DNA of 64,000 nt from Octopus bimaculoides. Taxonomy: Eukaryota. Shown piece after piece: positions 62,199 through 64,000 of the stretch. Position 1 is the stretch's first letter; each line of letters begins with the position of its first letter. The stretch is from NCBI RefSeq assembly GCF_001194135.2, contig NC_068985.1:104770529-104834528 (forward strand). The letters run 5' to 3'. A program made the translations under genes and the position numbers. A model generated the notes under the pieces. The model was not told where the DNA came from. It searched no databases and saw only the letters and a program-made list of their open reading frames with translations.

Positions 62199-63198
62199 CT
62201 GAAGATATATAAAACATATTGATAAGTACAATACGCAGCATATTTGACACCAGTAAGTATGAAAACAAATGCTGTTAAATTCATGCCCTTCCCCAGCAAT
62301 TTTAATGCATTAAGTGAAATAACTACCATTCCAACCAAACCTATGTGATAGTCTTATTTTACCTGTATCTTGACACTTAATGCAATAGCATTTAACATTT
62401 TGCCTTTGTACTAATTAACATTAATGCGTAGTGTCCTAGAAACAAGGCAGACAGAAAATTACTCAGAATGAAATATTCATTGATTGTAAATAATTAGTAG
62501 ATAAAATTTGCACTTTGTGCACTGACAATGATGACAGTCTCTTGTGCACCAAGAAAGATTTTTCTGCAATTTATAAACAAACAACCTGCACATAGGATTT
62601 GTTTATAGTGAGCAAATCAAATTAATGTTGCCTGACACAGGTGTCCTGTGTACTGTCAGGTATCAAAGTGACCACAGAGTAATATGAAATGCTCAAGAAC
62701 ATAATGCATCACCCAATCCAGAAATTGAAACTATGATCTTGTAACACTCTAACCATTAGGCCATGTGCCCTCACACACTATGCATTAATGGGTTAAAAAC
62801 ACATAAAAACAAAACAACTATATAGTAAATTTTAAATTTCAAAAATAAACAATTATTATTTAGTGGTAACAAAATCATATATTTTAAATATTCTGAACAA
62901 TTAATCTACAATTTATTTCTCAGTTATACCAACTTATAATATTATAATATCTAAAGAAACTACAATTTTTGCTTTGTTGTAGGTAACATTATTAGAGTGC
63001 ATAATGTTCTCTGTAAGCAGAGATTTCTAAATATTTTAACTGGTATTTCTATCATAAAAGCAGCGTGTGTATTGTGTTCCTAGGAATCCATCAGTCAGTC
63101 AACTTCTCCAACCCATGCCAGCACAAAACATGGACATTTAATGATGATGATGATGATATATGAATAACCATTAGAAATTATGAAATAAAGATAATTAC

Positions 63199-63310
63199 CT
63201 CACAAGTTGAGAAGAAACCATCAGTGTACAAAGTGCAAGAGGTAAACCAAATCCAAAGTAATATGGCCAGTTTTTCTCAACACAGGCTACTCTTTGGTGC
63301 ACTTCCCAAC
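63199..63310 (-). CDS. EI24: EI24 (etoposide-induced 2.4 homolog), third-last coding exon
   Basis: Minus strand ttttcag|GT TGG...GTG AG|gtaatt, 112 nt, encodes (G)[36 protein letters not shown](S). [13 protein letters not shown] is the conserved EI24 motif. Phase matches the next exon. Upstream exons lie beyond the window. Confidence 0.93.
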
Positions 63311-63657
63311 CTGAAAATGGAAAGGACATGTCAGTCTGCTTTTAGGACAAATTGCATTCTATTGTATTGTTAACAGGCTTTTGAAACAGGAAGTGGGAGG
63401 GCAATATATGTAGTACCGCAATCAAATCTGAAAGAAAGTAAAATAACTTCTCTGCAGTTGCTGCTAGATTTGAAGGAGAGAGAAGCTTGCTGACATGCGA
63501 TATAATGTTGGGTTGTGAAATCCTCATATTTAACTCCAGGAAATCAATGCTATACATATTAGATCAATCAAACTTCTGAGAGAACATTGTTATTTGTTAC
63601 TGTTGTTGAACAGCACTAATCAGGTGTATTCAAGTACCTGAAACTAAATATGCATAG

Positions 63658-64000
63658 TTCTGTGATGCAACCAATCTTATGGTCTGCAATACCAACTTCA
63701 GGAAACCTGCCAGTCACCTAGTCACCTACCGCTCCGGCAGACACTCTAGCCAAATCGACTACATCCTCGCCAGAAATAGGGAACAAGGGCGGCTTATAAA
63801 TGCCAAAACCTACCCTGGCGAAGAATGTACCCCACAACATAGATTAGTAGTTAGCGACTTTGGGATCAAGGCAAAATGGAAGCCCAGAATTAGACAGGCT
63901 TGGAGAAGAAGGGTGTGGAAGCTTAAAGACCCTGCAAACGGACAGAGACTTAGAGACAAGTTACTTGAAGCATTTAACGAAATAGAAGGGGATATAGCAT
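63658..64000 (+). mobile_element. 5'-truncated RTE-clade LINE, AP-endonuclease region, inside an EI24 intron (antisense)
   Basis: Uninterrupted frame FCDATNLMVCNTNFRKPASHLVTYRSGRHSSQIDYILARN...GEECTPQHRLVVSDF...RVWKLKD, running to the window end. NT.F, SQIDYIL and QHRLVV are APE motifs. Confidence 0.92.

Overview
AT-rich, repeat-dense animal genomic DNA from a gapped draft assembly. The SINE/RTE repeat families look like those of Octopus (my recollection of those families, not a database result). Three recognisable spliced genes are present: TIMM10B (+, 3 coding exons, 41077-45128, end of exon 2 lost in an N-gap), EMC7 (-, 3 exons, 54980-48981, 237 aa) and the last three coding exons of EI24 (-, 63310-60391). 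The left 36 kb appears to be the body of a further minus-strand gene that I could not identify; it shows two candidate non-coding first exons and one well-supported internal exon. Between those first exons lies a candidate 4-exon, 112-aa plus-strand ORF with no family I recognise. The rest is tRNA-derived SINEs, RTE and R4-like LINE fragments, decayed mariner and Tc1 elements, hAT and Tigger-like MITEs, foldback elements and microsatellites. There is no prokaryotic system or CRISPR array. The best leads are the orphan plus-strand gene model, a ~380-bp foldback just past the TIMM10B stop, inverted SINE pairs that could form ADAR substrates, an exact 92-bp dispersed duplication, a recurring palindromic motif with competing pairings, and a SINE-head/mariner fusion.
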